A stretch of 64,000 nt of DNA from Glaucostegus cemiculus. Taxonomy: Eukaryota. Position numbers and translations under genes: made by a program. Of the stretch, positions 13,831 to 27,101 are shown in pieces. The first letter of the stretch is position 1. The number at the start of each line of letters is the position of its first letter. Location of the stretch: positions 11,966,001 through 12,030,000 of the forward strand of contig CDPCPM010000011.1 in NCBI GenBank assembly GCA_976551045.1, read 5' to 3'. A model generated the notes under the pieces. The model saw only the letters and a program-made list of their open reading frames with translations, ran no database searches and had not been told where the DNA came from.

Positions 13831-16800
13831 AGTCGGTATCAAAGGTAAGCGGGAGGGTTGAGTCCACCTGGCGCTGAAGCCCCGTCCAACTTTGGCGACG
13901 CTTTATTTGCAACCCTCCCTCGCCATCGCGCCACCCATCTATCACTCGATAAATTACAGGACCATTAAAAAGTATTTGGTAGCCCGACTTGATAAGTGCT
14001 GGCAAAGTCCTACCCCAAAACCACCAAGCGTCCCCGAGTGAAACATTCCCAGTCTTTTCACGAATGCACGCTAATGCCAGAACGCTGCATTGAACACACC
14101 AAGCCCAGGCTTCTCCAACCACTGACGGAAATGAGTGAATCGGACCTGAAAGATCATTTTACCCTGAGACAGGCTCTTAACTTTGTGCAGTTCGACCGTA
14201 AAATTCCTCGCGGTGGTTCTCATCAGTTCCAAGAGTAGACGTACCTCGGTAATTGATATTGATAGCGACATGGAGAGGCTGGTGCAGTTGGAACACTATA
14301 AATAGACTGGGCAATCAGCCTGATTCAGATAAATGGAACGAGTTATAAAAGTATTCACTTTTTTTGCTAATTCGTGAACTGGATCAGAATGGCCAACCTC
14401 AAAATCTCAAAAGTTACTGAGAATTGAACAAGGAGGACAATGCCAATTGAACTCTTAGAGATCTGAACAATGGCATTGATATCAACTTCCCTTTCATCAT
14501 CAGTCGAAAGCTCCCTTTGTTCAGTTATCCTCAATTATGAAATGTTCAACGCTAAAATGTCAAATACAATGCTTAAAATCCCTTATCATTTTTGAGCTGT
14601 GGAGCTTCGCTGTGGATGAACCTGGGAGGCACAAATTCACAGCAATCAATAGTTCTAGTATTCTGTATTTACACATAGTTAAAGCGGTAAATATGAAATA
14701 TTTCAAATATAATTTTGTAGCAATTAAAATATCAGATGAATATGCATTACCAAGCTCCGTAACCCCCTTCCAATTTCTTTGTTTTTAAATTTGCCACCGT
14801 TATGAAAAAAATATGACCCTGTAATACAACTCTCTTTTCAATTGCTGTTAACATTTCGATTGTTTTATATTGTCTAATGCAATATTTGGTCGGTTAAGAA
14901 TAACCATCCAAAAGCCTGACGTGGCAATTTCAACAAAAAATGTTGAACATTTTCCTGGACTGACTGGTTTCCAATTAAAGTAAGTGTGGGTCTCCGGTCA
15001 CTTAACCCCCAAGGTAAGGGTGAATTGAGTCACGAATGTTTTTGCAAGGGGTGATCTTTATTAAGACGTCTGTTCATCAAGAGTGCCCGGCCGTGTGTGT
15101 GTTCCCTCGGCGTTTCAGAGGAAGCTCGCCTCGCACAGCACTGTATTTTAAACAACTTTCCACAACTTTGAACACAAAACCCACATCAACATTCAACCTG
15201 CAAAGCCAGGGATTTGATTTTAGTACCAGATCCCGATCTGTTTGATTCCATAAAGTAAAAGCTTGATTTTCTTTTTGGAATTACTTGGCATTTTAAAATT
15301 AACATTACAGCTCCAAAATTGCAAAGATATCAATTCCCATCTTAAGTGGTAATTAGCAATAACACGAATTATTTTGAAATTAACGCAGACTCACTTTAGA
15401 AAGGTTAATATCTGAGTGCCCTTTTTGTTGTTGAAGTCGAACCTTAGAACAAAATCAGTAGTAGCCCATGTTTTTCTTGAAGTTAGGATTCAGAGTAATG
15501 GTTAGAAACCAGTCTTTTTCACTGTTTGTACGTTAAGGCGAGGGACGGGGGAGTATGTTACAGAGTAGTTTTACAGTAAAATTTGCAACATTCATTGGTC
15601 TACAATGACTAACGAGAAAGGATCCACAACCAGGCCACAGATGATAAATTAGTAAAGTTCTTGTGTCACTCAGGGTGCCTGCTTGTGAGGTAAAATATTC
15701 ATCGGACTTATATCGGTTTTGTATATCGACCCTATTCTTTTAATAGGCGTGCATTGAAATCTACATCGAAATGGAAGTAGACAGTCTTCGTTTTGTCTTC
15801 TCTGGTCAACTCATTTCCTTTTATAATGATTTTAATTGTATCGCATTAATCAGTTTACGGATGGCCCCCGCGCTGTAAATCAGCCGCGGTTACACGGAGA
15901 TCACCGGTCGGTTCATTTTCAATTCATGAATCTGACATGAAATTGACGCGTGGGTACGAAAACGATACTGACGATTTAATATCCGTGACTAATAATTTTT
16001 CCAGATTGGAGACACAATTCCCGGAAAATACAAGTTTGTTGAACAAATAATCAGGAAAGACTTGGGGACAGTTTTCTCGGCTCGAACCGCTAATCGCGAC
16101 CCAGCAGCTCTTCATCGCTCGTGCAGGTGTCCGAAAATCTTTAATTTTGTTTTTTTTTACCCTGAGTGGGGGTGTGGAGAAGACGGAATGCCTCATTCAG
16201 TTGGAAAGATCGAATTTCTGAGTGTATTCCAATGGAGTGTATGGAAAGTTGGCTGAAATGTTCGCCAAGTGGGCTGAGATAATTAATAATATAGAAGATT
16301 GATTGCATATTCCTCATCACTGTAATTAACGACTGAATTAACCCAACCTACGTGCAATTGATGTTTGTGGCTGCAAGGAAAAAGAACACAAATTTTATTG
16401 CACTGATTCTCTAGGGGTGTGAGAGATTTGTGACTCCCCGCGTTGAATTTGCCATGATGTACATTCTCACCAAACATTGCTGAGGGGCTCGGGTCGATGA
16501 CCACCCTTCTCATCGTCAACTCTCTGCACCTCAAACCACAGAGACAAGTTCAAAACTGATCGGAAAACTGTCAATTTACAGAGTTATGTTTTTCAATGCG
16601 TTAGATTTTCCTGTCACGCAGTCTGCCCGTCTTTTGGGATCAACGTTAGCTGTTTAACACATTATCTCACTTAACCATTTAATGTTTATATTAAAACTGC
16701 GGCGTAATAACGTGTTACAATTGCATCACTGCCCTCGTGAGTAGGGTTTGTTGTTTGTCCATGTTTGTGTACGTGTGTGTTATCTTTGTAATTCTATGTA

Positions 16801-19232
16801 CACTTGGTAGGATATAAAATAGATTCGATTTATTCGCTGGCGGGTATTCAAAGAAGTGTTGCATTAATGTACTTTCACCATACACATTACATTAGGAAGT
16901 TACACAAACTTCTTTGAACTCTATATTTATTCCTATAATTAAGTTGATCGGACACGCGATGGTATTAAATCACACCCGCGGCCAATTTACATTATCTGGA
17001 GCTGGAAGTCAGTCTGACAAAATAACTCATCGAACCTAAATTGGTACAATAAAATTATTTTTTTACGTCAATTGATACTTTGGAATATTTAGGCAGAGAA
17101 TACAGATCTGTAATGTTAACAACCTTAAAGAAAAGCTTCCAAGCTCTGCGTGATATATTAACCAGCGGGCATATGCGGTTCTGCTGTAAAAAAAAATCAT
17201 GAAGTATGAACTATTGTATTGCCGGTATCGATAATGAAGTATAATAAAATCTGAACTGTTTCCCTCTTTAAACATGGGCGGTCATTTGTTTTAAATGGTG
17301 GATCCTATTGAGATAAATAAAAGAGCAAACGTTTCCTGACAGATGAGCAATGAGGCATTCAGAGATCAGTTAATTACCATCAGAGTCAGGAAATAAGTGT
17401 TACATCTCGGAGTTAACAACGACAAGTACAAATCGCTATAGTATGAACGCAGTGACTCCGCGCAGACATTTTCCATGTAAGAGGTGGGCAAGGCAATAGC
17501 TTGCTGTTCAAAGTTATCATGTGAAAACGCACGTGACAAAGGCCAATAAAGTTAACATAAAATAGTAACGTGAAATGCATAAGCTACACGTTCGATGTGG
17601 AGGACTGGACAAAGGTGGAATAGAAAAAAATACAAACTCTGAATTTAATGTCAGTAAGGACATATCTCCCGCATCACTGGCATAGCGACATGGGCTTTAC
17701 ATCACTAAGTGTTGATTGTTTGGAAAGTAGTAAGGATGGAGAGTTGGCTTTGATTCTCCAAATGTTCTGTCGCATTGTAGATACTCTAAAACCAAAACAA
17801 GAAATTTCAGCACTTAGAGGGTTAAGCACAATGTCTGGGACTGGCGTGAAGAGTGTTTGTAATCTTCCCGGGATGTGGTCAGGAACCATTACAAATACTT
17901 ACTCCATTTCTAAAATTCCCCAAGCACTCGTCTGTCTTCTTCTGCAGCTCTGGACAGATTCATTATTCCTTACAAACTCGACATCTATTCTAACCCTGAA
18001 ATATGAAGTGCCGGTGAATGGTCGAGGTAATATTTAATATCCTGCGAGGCAGCCTTCCCTTTTTCCTGACAAATGAACTACAACCCAACCAAATGGTTCA
18101 CATCTGTTTGGGCGCTTCTTCTGTGTTTGCAAATTAGCATTAAAATATGGGTAAACAATAAAAGAAGCCGTTTCTAGATCACAGGACACAGACAATGATT
18201 ACTGGACTAAGAACCGTGCCAAAAGCATCTGACATGGTTAGACCAGATGTTTTTACATCTACTATTGCTTCCTTCCTCTTAAAAAAAATCCACACAAGTG
18301 TCTGATTTTAACTATTTTAAAGAAATGCGACCAAAAGCCATGCAGTTCAGTCTGTCACCCATTCCCATCATTCATCTTTCTCACCCCTTTCCAGTTTGTA
18401 TATATGTACACGCTTATTTAAACATGATACGGTGTTGGATCTTTAGTCCAGCTTTGTCTTTGGACCCTCTATTATGTGGTGGAAGTTTTCCCACAGAGCA
18501 GAGTGAATCTAACAACCCGAACACACATTTCACAAGTCAGGTTGGCTACGGCGGATCATATCTTTGCTGGCTGACTAATAGATGTTTGTATTGTCTTCGT
18601 GCCAATGAACTAAATTAAATGGAATTCAGCTGAAAATTGATAAAATGATAACCATTATCTCAAGAAAAGTTATGCTTGGGCCAGGAATCCTACAAATTGT
18701 TAACAGGAGCAGCACATCTATGTGTTGTGGACCATTCAACAATGCGATATTCGCACAAAGCGTATAATATCTATATTTTTATCCAACTAATTCATTTCTT
18801 GAATGCACTGCCTTCACTGTGGTTCGTCGACTGTTCATGCTGACCATTAAAATAGATTATCTGGGAACATTCCAGGTTTGGATAAAGGCGCCCTGCTTAC
18901 ACTGTCTGACTAATCCTTTCCCGTTTTATTTTTAAATCAAGGATCTACCTGAAGCGGATTTTTCTTCAAACTCGCTATTAATCTGATCAGTGGTACCGAT
19001 GCTGCGATTATTCTATTTCTTCTAAAGCCGAGCACGTAAAAGAAGGGAAGCGTTTTAATGGGCAGCCTAAACCGGAAAACTACATCTGCGCGGACTCCAA
19101 ACTTTACCTTATAACAGGAGTGCAACGGGACCACTCTGTCAACGTTAGGTACTAGGTTCGCACTGATAGCTACTCTTCAAAAGCAAAAATACCACAGAAT
19201 CAGATAAAAATAAACCGCTGCCGATATCCAGG

Positions 19233-19432
19233 GAGCAAAATAACAGGCGCTGCTGGAAATATCTCAAGTTTCCAGCAGCAACTGTGGAGAGAGAAACTGA
19301 GTTAATGTTTCGAATCAATAACCAGAAAGTTCAGGTGGAAGGTCACGGACCTGAGACATTGACTCCGTTTCTCTCTTTACAGTTCCTGCTTCACCGGATT
19401 AAAGATTTCCAGCAATTTGGGCTCTTTTGCTC
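19233..19432. mobile_element. Palindromic non-autonomous element built from two inverted Penelope-type termini
   Basis: Terminal GAGCAAAA/TTTTGCTC. Inner arms 19281-19311 and 19353-19383 are near reverse complements. Arms resemble 27855-28058 and 57548-57640. Confidence 0.6.
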
Positions 19433-19669
19433 TCTTTTCTTCAAATACATCCGACAGAAACTGATTTACTATTTGTACTTAACTGTAGTGAGTGATATCA
19501 TCCTTTCTCGCTGCTCAATTTTAATTTCCAGCTGTTTAAAACAAAAGGAAAAAAATTACATTGGTATCAGCCGTTCACATCAGAAGGCCCCTTTCAACCA
19601 AGTTTTGAAATGTAATGCTTGTCGCATTTTAGGAAACACAGTCAATCTACACACAGCGAGGTCCCTCTA

Positions 19670-19826
19670 GGCGTTAACAATAAAGATCAGTATGATCTTT
19701 AGTGTGCAGTTGGTTGAGAGATAAAAGTGACCTTGATACCGAGGAATTACTCTACTTCTCCACATTGAAATAGTTTATGCGATCTCCTACACTATCTAGA
19801 GAACTGGCAGGCCCCGGATTAACGTT
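19670..19826 (-). mobile_element. Deu-domain SINE fragment (SacSINE1/AmnSINE1-like)
   Basis: GTTGGTTGAGAGATAAA...GATCTCCTACAC...GCAGGCCCCGGATTAACGT is colinear with the copy at 23265-23915. Confidence 0.55.
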
Positions 19827-20045
19827 ACATAAGAAATAGGAACAAGGATGGGCCATCAGGCCCTTGTCGCCAGCTCGGCCATTCATCAAGATGATGGCTG
19901 ATTTTCTACCTTAGCGCCAATTTCCAGCACCGTCACCACATCCCTGATCCCCTTGATGCCTAGAAATCTCTCCATCTTTTGTTTTGAAGACAGCGGCTGA
20001 GCTTCCACTGCCGCCGGCGGTGAAGAATTTCAAAGATGGAACCAC
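19827..20045 (-). mobile_element. CR1 LINE 3' end
   Basis: ACATAAGAAATAGGAACAAGG..GGCCATCAGGCCC...GAAGAATTTCAAAGAT is the reverse complement of a CR1 3' UTR. Confidence 0.7.
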
Positions 20046-21479
20046 TGAGAGTCCAGCACTTCCTCGGGTAGGTTGCACTACTGTCATCCTGGACTACTTA
20101 CTCAAGTCTGACACGGATTTTTTTTTAGCGTTTCGTAAATAAAGCGACTCTCTGGAACTGTACAACAGCAATACAATCGGCAGCGCACAGAATTGTTAAA
20201 GGTGAAAGATGAAGAGCCGAATTGAACCATATTTTATAGACAGCTACAACCAGCCTCAAAAAATATTGAAGACTGATTGGATTTCAAAATCATACCTCCC
20301 ACTCTGAGAGCTGAAGACATTACACGAGCAAGTGCCCGTTTGGTAATATAACTACAATATGGAATTTTATTTTGCAATCCTTTTAATCACCTGTCGTGTG
20401 GTGGGATGAAACTTTTTGCACAAACATTGACAGAGAGCAAAAGATTGCAAAAACCCTCTAATGTGGAAGTAATTTTCAATGAGGACATAATTTCTTCGGT
20501 GGCATACTTCCTATTCAGAGAAAAAAAACATAGCCGATCTACTGGTTGAAAGGTTACAGGCAGAAGTTATTTTATCTCTATTATCTTCGTCGGCTATTTC
20601 TTTTAGCGAGAAAACAATCGCCCCAGTAAAGTGGGGGGAGGGAGAACAACGATTTGGGACGGCAAATACCCAATGAAATATTTACATTTATTGTCCTGGC
20701 TAATCGGTAAACCTTGAGGTGATCCTTCTAAAACTTCAATGTTACTGTTGCAAACAACCAATTTTTCAACGCACAGCGCACTTCCTCTAAATTCACCTCA
20801 TCTGGGTCGTTACCCACTTGGAGAATAGCTCCGTGAACGAGGTCTGCAGGGTTATTCACATGCAAGACTCATAGTGGAAATACTGAATTAGAACAGAAAA
20901 GAACACATCTCTTAGATGCACCGTCAGTGTTACTGAGATTATAATTCTATCCCATATTTTCTTTCTCTGTGGATGCACCAGCAAAGGGTTAATGGTGAAA
21001 CGATCCCGCCCTCGACCAGCTGCATGCAGTTTCTTGCACCAGCCATCACCCAGCTGTACAACACCGAAAATGCAATGAATCTTAATTATTGGTGACCTTT
21101 AACCCGCAGCGAGTTTTAATTTGGGATTAATTGCTCTTTAACAGCTCCTCCAAGTATAACCTACAGCACATTAAATTAGCAGATAGGGAAATTCTTTGAT
21201 CAAAGGCTTCATGTGCACATTAGCGAGATTAAAATTTCTTTTACAAGTCTGGGATATTAAGGAGGCAACTTCATTTATTTGCAATGCGTCCGAACACCGA
21301 GTTATGATCGCAGAATGTTATCTTTTCTTACGCTCACTGTTAAATGACTAATACACATTTGCTCCAAGTGTTTAACAGATACAATTGGTATCTGCCGTTA
21401 TTCGCATTCTCCAAAATTACCCTTCTGAATCTGCAGAAGCCTCCCTCCCCAGAGGAATTTCATAACATCAGAACCAACA

Positions 21480-21760
21480 CAAATTATGACGGGATTTGAG
21501 AGGGTCGATATGGGGGAAGATGTTTCCACTTGTGGGAACACATAAGATAGTCATCAATTAATCCAATAATGAATCAGTTCGTAAATTATTTTTGAGTGGA
21601 ACTGGCTGCCACATGAAGGCCCAAAGACATATACACATTTAAATTCAAGTCAGAGAGAGAGAGAGAGAAAACAAAGGTTAGTGGGTTGATAAAGTGCGGA
21701 AATGTGACGAGATAGCTGCATTGGAGAGGGCGATATGGCCTCTGTTGTAAATTCTACGTG
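21480..21760 (+). mobile_element. Degraded CR1 LINE 3' fragment with internal (GA)n
   Basis: AAATTATGACGGGATTTGAGAGGGTCGAT..GAAGATGTTTCCACTTGTGGG, GTGGAACTGGCTGCCAC, and a TGGCCTCTGTTGTAAATTCTA tail. Confidence 0.55.
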
Positions 21761-23303
21761 CAGTTAATTTATGCCTCGACTACAGCGACAGAGCGTTGAA
21801 GATAAGAGAACGGATATTAGTTTGGTTAAAACGTTAAACGTAAAAAGAATCCCAAAGGATAAACTGAAGAAATTGGGCAAGAAATCTCAGAATTTAGGAT
21901 CCATCTCTCCTTGTACATAGCTGCCAAAAGTGGGCAAATCAGCGTGTTACCAAGCCAATGGTAGGGGAACTTCACATTCAAAGAGATTTATGGGCAGGAT
22001 GCCACGGCTGAATTACTGAAGGGCTGTGAACCTAGTTGAACATGATTTTGAGATTTTTTAAAAAAATAACAGTTTATTGGCAGACAGTACGGGGTAGCGG
22101 GCACAGGGTGAAGAAGTCTGGGCCATTTATACCGTGGCAGCAGAGGACTGGATCAGCTCAGTTTACGGAGCGCTGGAAGAGTTTAAAACAGGAGACTTTG
22201 GTCGAAACGCTTCTCAGGCATTTATAAATCAGCTGATGGATCTATGTGGGCTGTAGGTTTCTCCGTATTCCTGGACGGAATGTTTATTTCCCTCATTGAG
22301 AAACCTTAGAGCAAACACAGCCAAAAAATGTTCAGAAACATAAGTTTACATTAGACAAAACAAGCGGATCATTTCATCAAATTTACAGATTAGTCATATT
22401 TGATATTAGCGTAAAACAAAAGAAAAATCCCACTAACCTCAAAAACAGCATAGTGCATCTAAAATTAGGATAAGATTTTCAAAATGCAAATTCCTGAGCA
22501 CTAAATGTCTTGATTGTCGCAACTGTATATTGTGGGGATTATCGAACGGTTGGGGGGGGGGGGGCATCAGTTTTCATCTGAGCTTTGCTTTGAGTCAAGC
22601 ACTATTTGTCTCTATCGAACAGTTCTTACTGAGGCCCCTAGGTGGAACACTGCTTGCTCACTACAGTATCTGCCGGACGGGAAGAGATGCCCGATCCATG
22701 GATAGTTCCAGTCAATGCCTGTTGATGCATCACAATGATCTCACTTGAACCTTGTTTCACTCCCTTGTTACAAAACTTAACTTGTTGCACACGCGTACCA
22801 ATACTCTCCCAACTCCCTCAAGCTATAGGTTTATTAAACAGTTTATTAGTGTGAGTTTCAATGAACTAATAGTATTACAAAGTTACGTGATAGACAATAA
22901 ATAGGAATAGTCAAACAAAAACATTTCAGATTTTCAGATCTACATTTGTTTTTATTTTCAATTAGGAATAATTGCGTTATTGACGGAGGTGACATGGCAG
23001 TCAAAATACTGAATAACTGAAGAGATCAAGAAGTGTATTGCAAGGCAAAACACAGGGCAGAATTACAGAATCAGAGATGGAAAAATCACTGATAAAGGAA
23101 CGATGGGCCAATTTATTTTTCTTTATTCAACAATTTTCTTTCTATTTCTGACAAGGTAATGTTTGATGTGATTTAGATCCATGGTGGATACAAAACAATC
23201 TCCTGAGCCATTACTTGTTTTATCTGGATTTTCTAACATTTGCACTGTGCACATATACCAAGACTTTTAGATGCCTCAAAGCAGTTCACAACCAAAACGA
23301 TTT

Positions 23304-23309
<6 letters not shown>

Positions 23310-23350
<41 letters not shown>

Positions 23351-23353
23351 GTG
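23310..23353. repeat. Compound (TG)n(CG)n(TG)n microsatellite
   Basis: About 44 bp of uninterrupted alternating purine-pyrimidine sequence. Confidence 0.95.
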
Positions 23354-23456
23354 ATCACGACTACAATATAGGATAGGCATAGCCAATTTGCACACTTCAA
23401 CGATCCAGAGGCAACAAAGAGATAATTACTTTTAGAGATGCTAATTGAGTGATAAA

Positions 23457-23695
23457 AGTAACGCACTCTGTTCTCAAGAACAGAGTAATCTCTGACACAA
23501 GATGGGATTCACTCCTATTATACAGAAATATAAAACATTCATTTTGCTTTTAATCACAAAGTCACAGTCTATTATCCACCCAGGAGCAGTGTGAACACGT
23601 TTACCATTTCACTTGAAAAATACTCGACAATGCCCAGCATTCTAATAACAGTTTGGATTGCATATTCACATTGGAGTTTAACTGTTACCACAGAA
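23457..23695. repeat. Dispersed direct duplication, copy 1 (paralogous to 25032-25276)
   Basis: Colinear, high-identity match also visible in the ORF track (FTISLEKYSTMPSILITVWIAYSHWSLTVTTE vs FTISVEKYLTKPSILTTVWITYSHWSLTVTTE). Confidence 0.95.
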
Positions 23696-25031
23696 AGAGA
23701 ACAGGATGGATTCTCATACTCTCTAATAATTAATGCCCTGTGTTATTTTTACGTCCATCCGAGGATGCAGTTTAATATCCCATCAGAAAGTTCATGCCAC
23801 TGATAGTGCAGAGCACCTTGAAAACTGCACTGAAGTGCTAGATTCAAGGGTCTGGAGTGATGCTTGTAACCACAGACCTGTGGTTGAGAGGTGAGAGTGC
23901 TACCACTGAGTCGAAGTTGTGATAAACAGCAAATAGATATGGAGGATATTAAATATTTTGATGGAAATAATAAAACAAGCACAATCTGCAAAATCCACCA
24001 GGTGGGGACCAGACCACTCAAAATACTTTTTGAACATCTTTTCAGGTATCAACTTGCTTTCTTCATGAGATAATTAACAAAAACAAATTGATGAAAAAAT
24101 GTTAAAACTGCCATGGGTATTTGAACACAGCTCCCACTGGAGGCTTGTGCTTCTCCGAGCAGGATGAAGTTGGAGTTTGCGGGTTTCCTGGTCCTCCCAC
24201 AACAACTAGAAGATAAATAGCCCTAACTACATCATGTAGAGTTTACTAAGAGTTGCCTCCTCCTCTGTAAACTACTGAGAACTGATCTCTGAAAACAACA
24301 CTTTTGGGAGCACTGACAGTAATTCAATTTTCTTGTATATAAGCATTAAAAACTTCCCTGGACTAACACTGTTAAGGTGTATCTTCAGTGGGACATTTAA
24401 TTAGCAAATACAGCAGATAACTTGTAACAAATGGAAAAACTGACTTTAAATTTGCAAGTATATTAACATTACGTGTCTAAATGGTTGGAAGAATTTTATA
24501 CACACTTTCCAGTGCTCAAACTACCTGGATCAAGATAAATAAAATAAACTTGAGAATTTTGGAAGGCATGTACTGCTTTAAAACAGTTTTCTAAATGAAA
24601 GTTTTAATAACAAGTAACGAGTAACGAGTACGAACATTAGGTAATGAGTAAAAGGACCAGAGGACAGGATTACAGGAGAACAATGTTGCTTAATAGTATT
24701 GATTAGCACTGGTGCAATGGGTTAAATTGCCTCCATCATACTATACTTTCTAATTCAGAATGCAATTATAGAGGATTCTGTAAAGTTAATATTGAAGTTA
24801 ATTTCTTCTGGATTTTCTTTTACTTACCCAATAAAATCATCTTCCTAAATTGAAGGACAACAAGAGTAAGAGACCCAGTGGTATAACTGAGATATTAGTC
24901 ACTGTGGTATATTTGGTAAGCAAATATATTTATCTAGCTGCAGAGTGAAATATTTCTCCGTTTTCCTGGAACAAATCAAGAACACTTAATTTAAGGAGAT
25001 CTTTGAGAAATTTCTTTCCAAATCCTTTCAG

Positions 25032-25276
25032 AGTAACATGCTCTGTCCCCCAGAACAGAGTAATCCCTGACACAATATGGAATTCACTCCTAATATACAG
25101 AAATATAAAACATTTATTTTGCTTTTAATCACAAAGTCACAAATACAGTCTATTATCCGGCCAGGAGCAGTGTGGACATGTTTACCATTTCAGTTGAAAA
25201 ATACTTGACAAAGCCCAGCATTCTAACAACAGTTTGGATTACATATTCACATTGGAGCTTAACTGTCACCACAGAA
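25032..25276. repeat. Dispersed direct duplication, copy 2; contains a candidate COX10 poly(A) signal
   Basis: Matches 23457-23695 with one 6-nt indel. Minus-strand AATAAA at 25113-25118 is followed by U/GU-rich sequence. Confidence 0.9.
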
Positions 25277-26419
25277 CTTAATACAATTCCCTTACCCTAC
25301 TTTGCAAAAGAAAATCCAAAATGTGACTCATTTCACTTTGTTCTGTTTTACTCATTTATTAGACATCCATAAGATTTTATTTGCTTAAGGTTCTGATTCC
25401 AATCTTTTAAACAAATAAAATGATAGTGACTAGAGGATTACTTTACATCTTGACCACATTTTTCATTTCTAAAGCAGCCTCTGGTACATAGATATGAAAA
25501 CATTTTGCATTTTATGACTGCATTGTTATTGAAGTCACTATGGTAATTCTATTTATAGATTATCACCCTAAACTACAAAAGTGATCTCTGAACTTCATTG
25601 GGGTGAAAGGATGGTAGTTACAAGTCTATCCCATGTGGTATGAATTTGAGACAATGAATTTGAAGTATCGCAGTGCAACAAAATTTTGTTATCAAGATAT
25701 TAACACTTTATATAAACCTTGTGGCATTATACAGCGTGGTTTAAATGTTACTCCTTTTACTTAGTTTCATAATGTAACTTCCAATATGAGATCTGAGAAA
25801 TTTTGAACCATTAACTTCAATGGACACATTCCACAACATAATTGCTTAATGATCTTTGTTAAGTCGAACTTAGTGCAAGAACAATGCAATTCAGGCACAA
25901 AACCTTGAAATAGTTCTAAATCATTAATTAAAAATAAATTCAATGTTACAAAATAAACTGTCTGAATACTTCTAAACATGTGCCACCATTAACTATATAT
26001 TTATAGTTGGAAGAAAAATGTAGAGTGTGCTTAGAAGTCCCCAAGTATCCACAACAGATGCTTTCAAAGTGCAATTAAGTGAATTGTCACAATAACAGAG
26101 AATTTCTTTTATTTTCCTCTGAAGAACACAATTGAATGACACATTTTATCATTAATTTCACAATCACACAATGGTTGTGCAAATTGCTGTCCAGTGATCC
26201 TTCCTGAAATTCTGGCTGGCATTTGGAACTTTCTCTGGTGTTCAAAAGCACATGGTGGTAGTGTAACTTGTTATTGCTCTGTGCACATATTGAGGGTTTA
26301 AGGGATCTGTAGCCACAGCAGGAGATTAGTGGGCAGATTACACCAATGGACAGAACATAACATGATCAACACAATGAGGGAAATGCAGGACAAGCTTGAT
26401 AGCTGAACTTTGAAGAAGT

Positions 26420-26945
26420 TGTATAAACTTTGCTTATATTCTTTTGAGTACAGTAAATTGCGGTGTTATCTGATCAAGGGATTTAAAGAGTTAAAAAAAA
26501 GGTTTGATGGGGTTGACATGGTCAAACTATTTCATTGAATGAGCAAATGAATAACAAAAGAACCAGGCTATTGAGGGAGGAAGTTGTGAAACATTTATTC
26601 CCCCCTCAAAGGGTAGTAGAGATCTGGAATCCTCTTTCCCAAAAGGCTGTGAATATTGGGAATAATTGGAGTTTTAAGACCAAGATCAACAGACTTCTGT
26701 TAGGGGAGCTGAACATCATGGGGATGGGCAGTATAGTGGAGTTGAGGTCAAGATCAAACCATGATATTACTGAATGATGGAGCACACATGAAGGGCCTTA
26801 TAGCCTATTCACGCTCTTTTTTCAATGGTCTTTGGAATATGGACATGGTAGTTTAAACAGAGTTGAGATGGAATTCCACCAAATTACAACCAATTGGTAA
26901 AGTGAGGCATGCTTGAGTGGTGAAAAGCCTGATCCTATACCTATG
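26420..26945 (+). mobile_element. CR1 3' fragments (two tandem tails) antisense to and just downstream of the COX10 stop
   Basis: CAAAGGGTAGTAGAGATCTGGAATCCTCTTTCCCAAAAGGCTGTG, TTTAAGACCAAGATCAACAGACTT, GAATGATGGAGCA..GAAGGGCC; a second tail lies at ~26830-26945. Confidence 0.7.
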
Positions 26946-27101
26946 AAAATGAAGAAACTTGCTTGCATTTAACATTACAAGGTAACATACAGCAGTAATA
27001 AACTGTGAAACTTCCAGGAACAGAAATTAGACTATCCCACTTCATGGGACTATAGCCAAAACAGTAGCTACCTTCTGAAGATTTCTTAATAAAAATGAAC
27101 A

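Larger units (their letters stand above)
23265..23915 (-). mobile_element. Deu-domain SINE with tRNA-like head, interrupted by a microsatellite and a ~240-bp insertion
   Basis: Head (reverse complement) GGTGAGAGTGCTACCACTGAG at ~23890-23910; body TTTTACGTCCA, AGTGCAG, ACTGCACTGAAGTG; tail AGCCAATTTGCACAC. Colinear with copies at 45277-45470 and 51205-51450. Confidence 0.65.

Noticed and set aside
13860-13880. CTCF-like CCACCTGGCGCT
   Set aside because: Spacing does not fit the core consensus.
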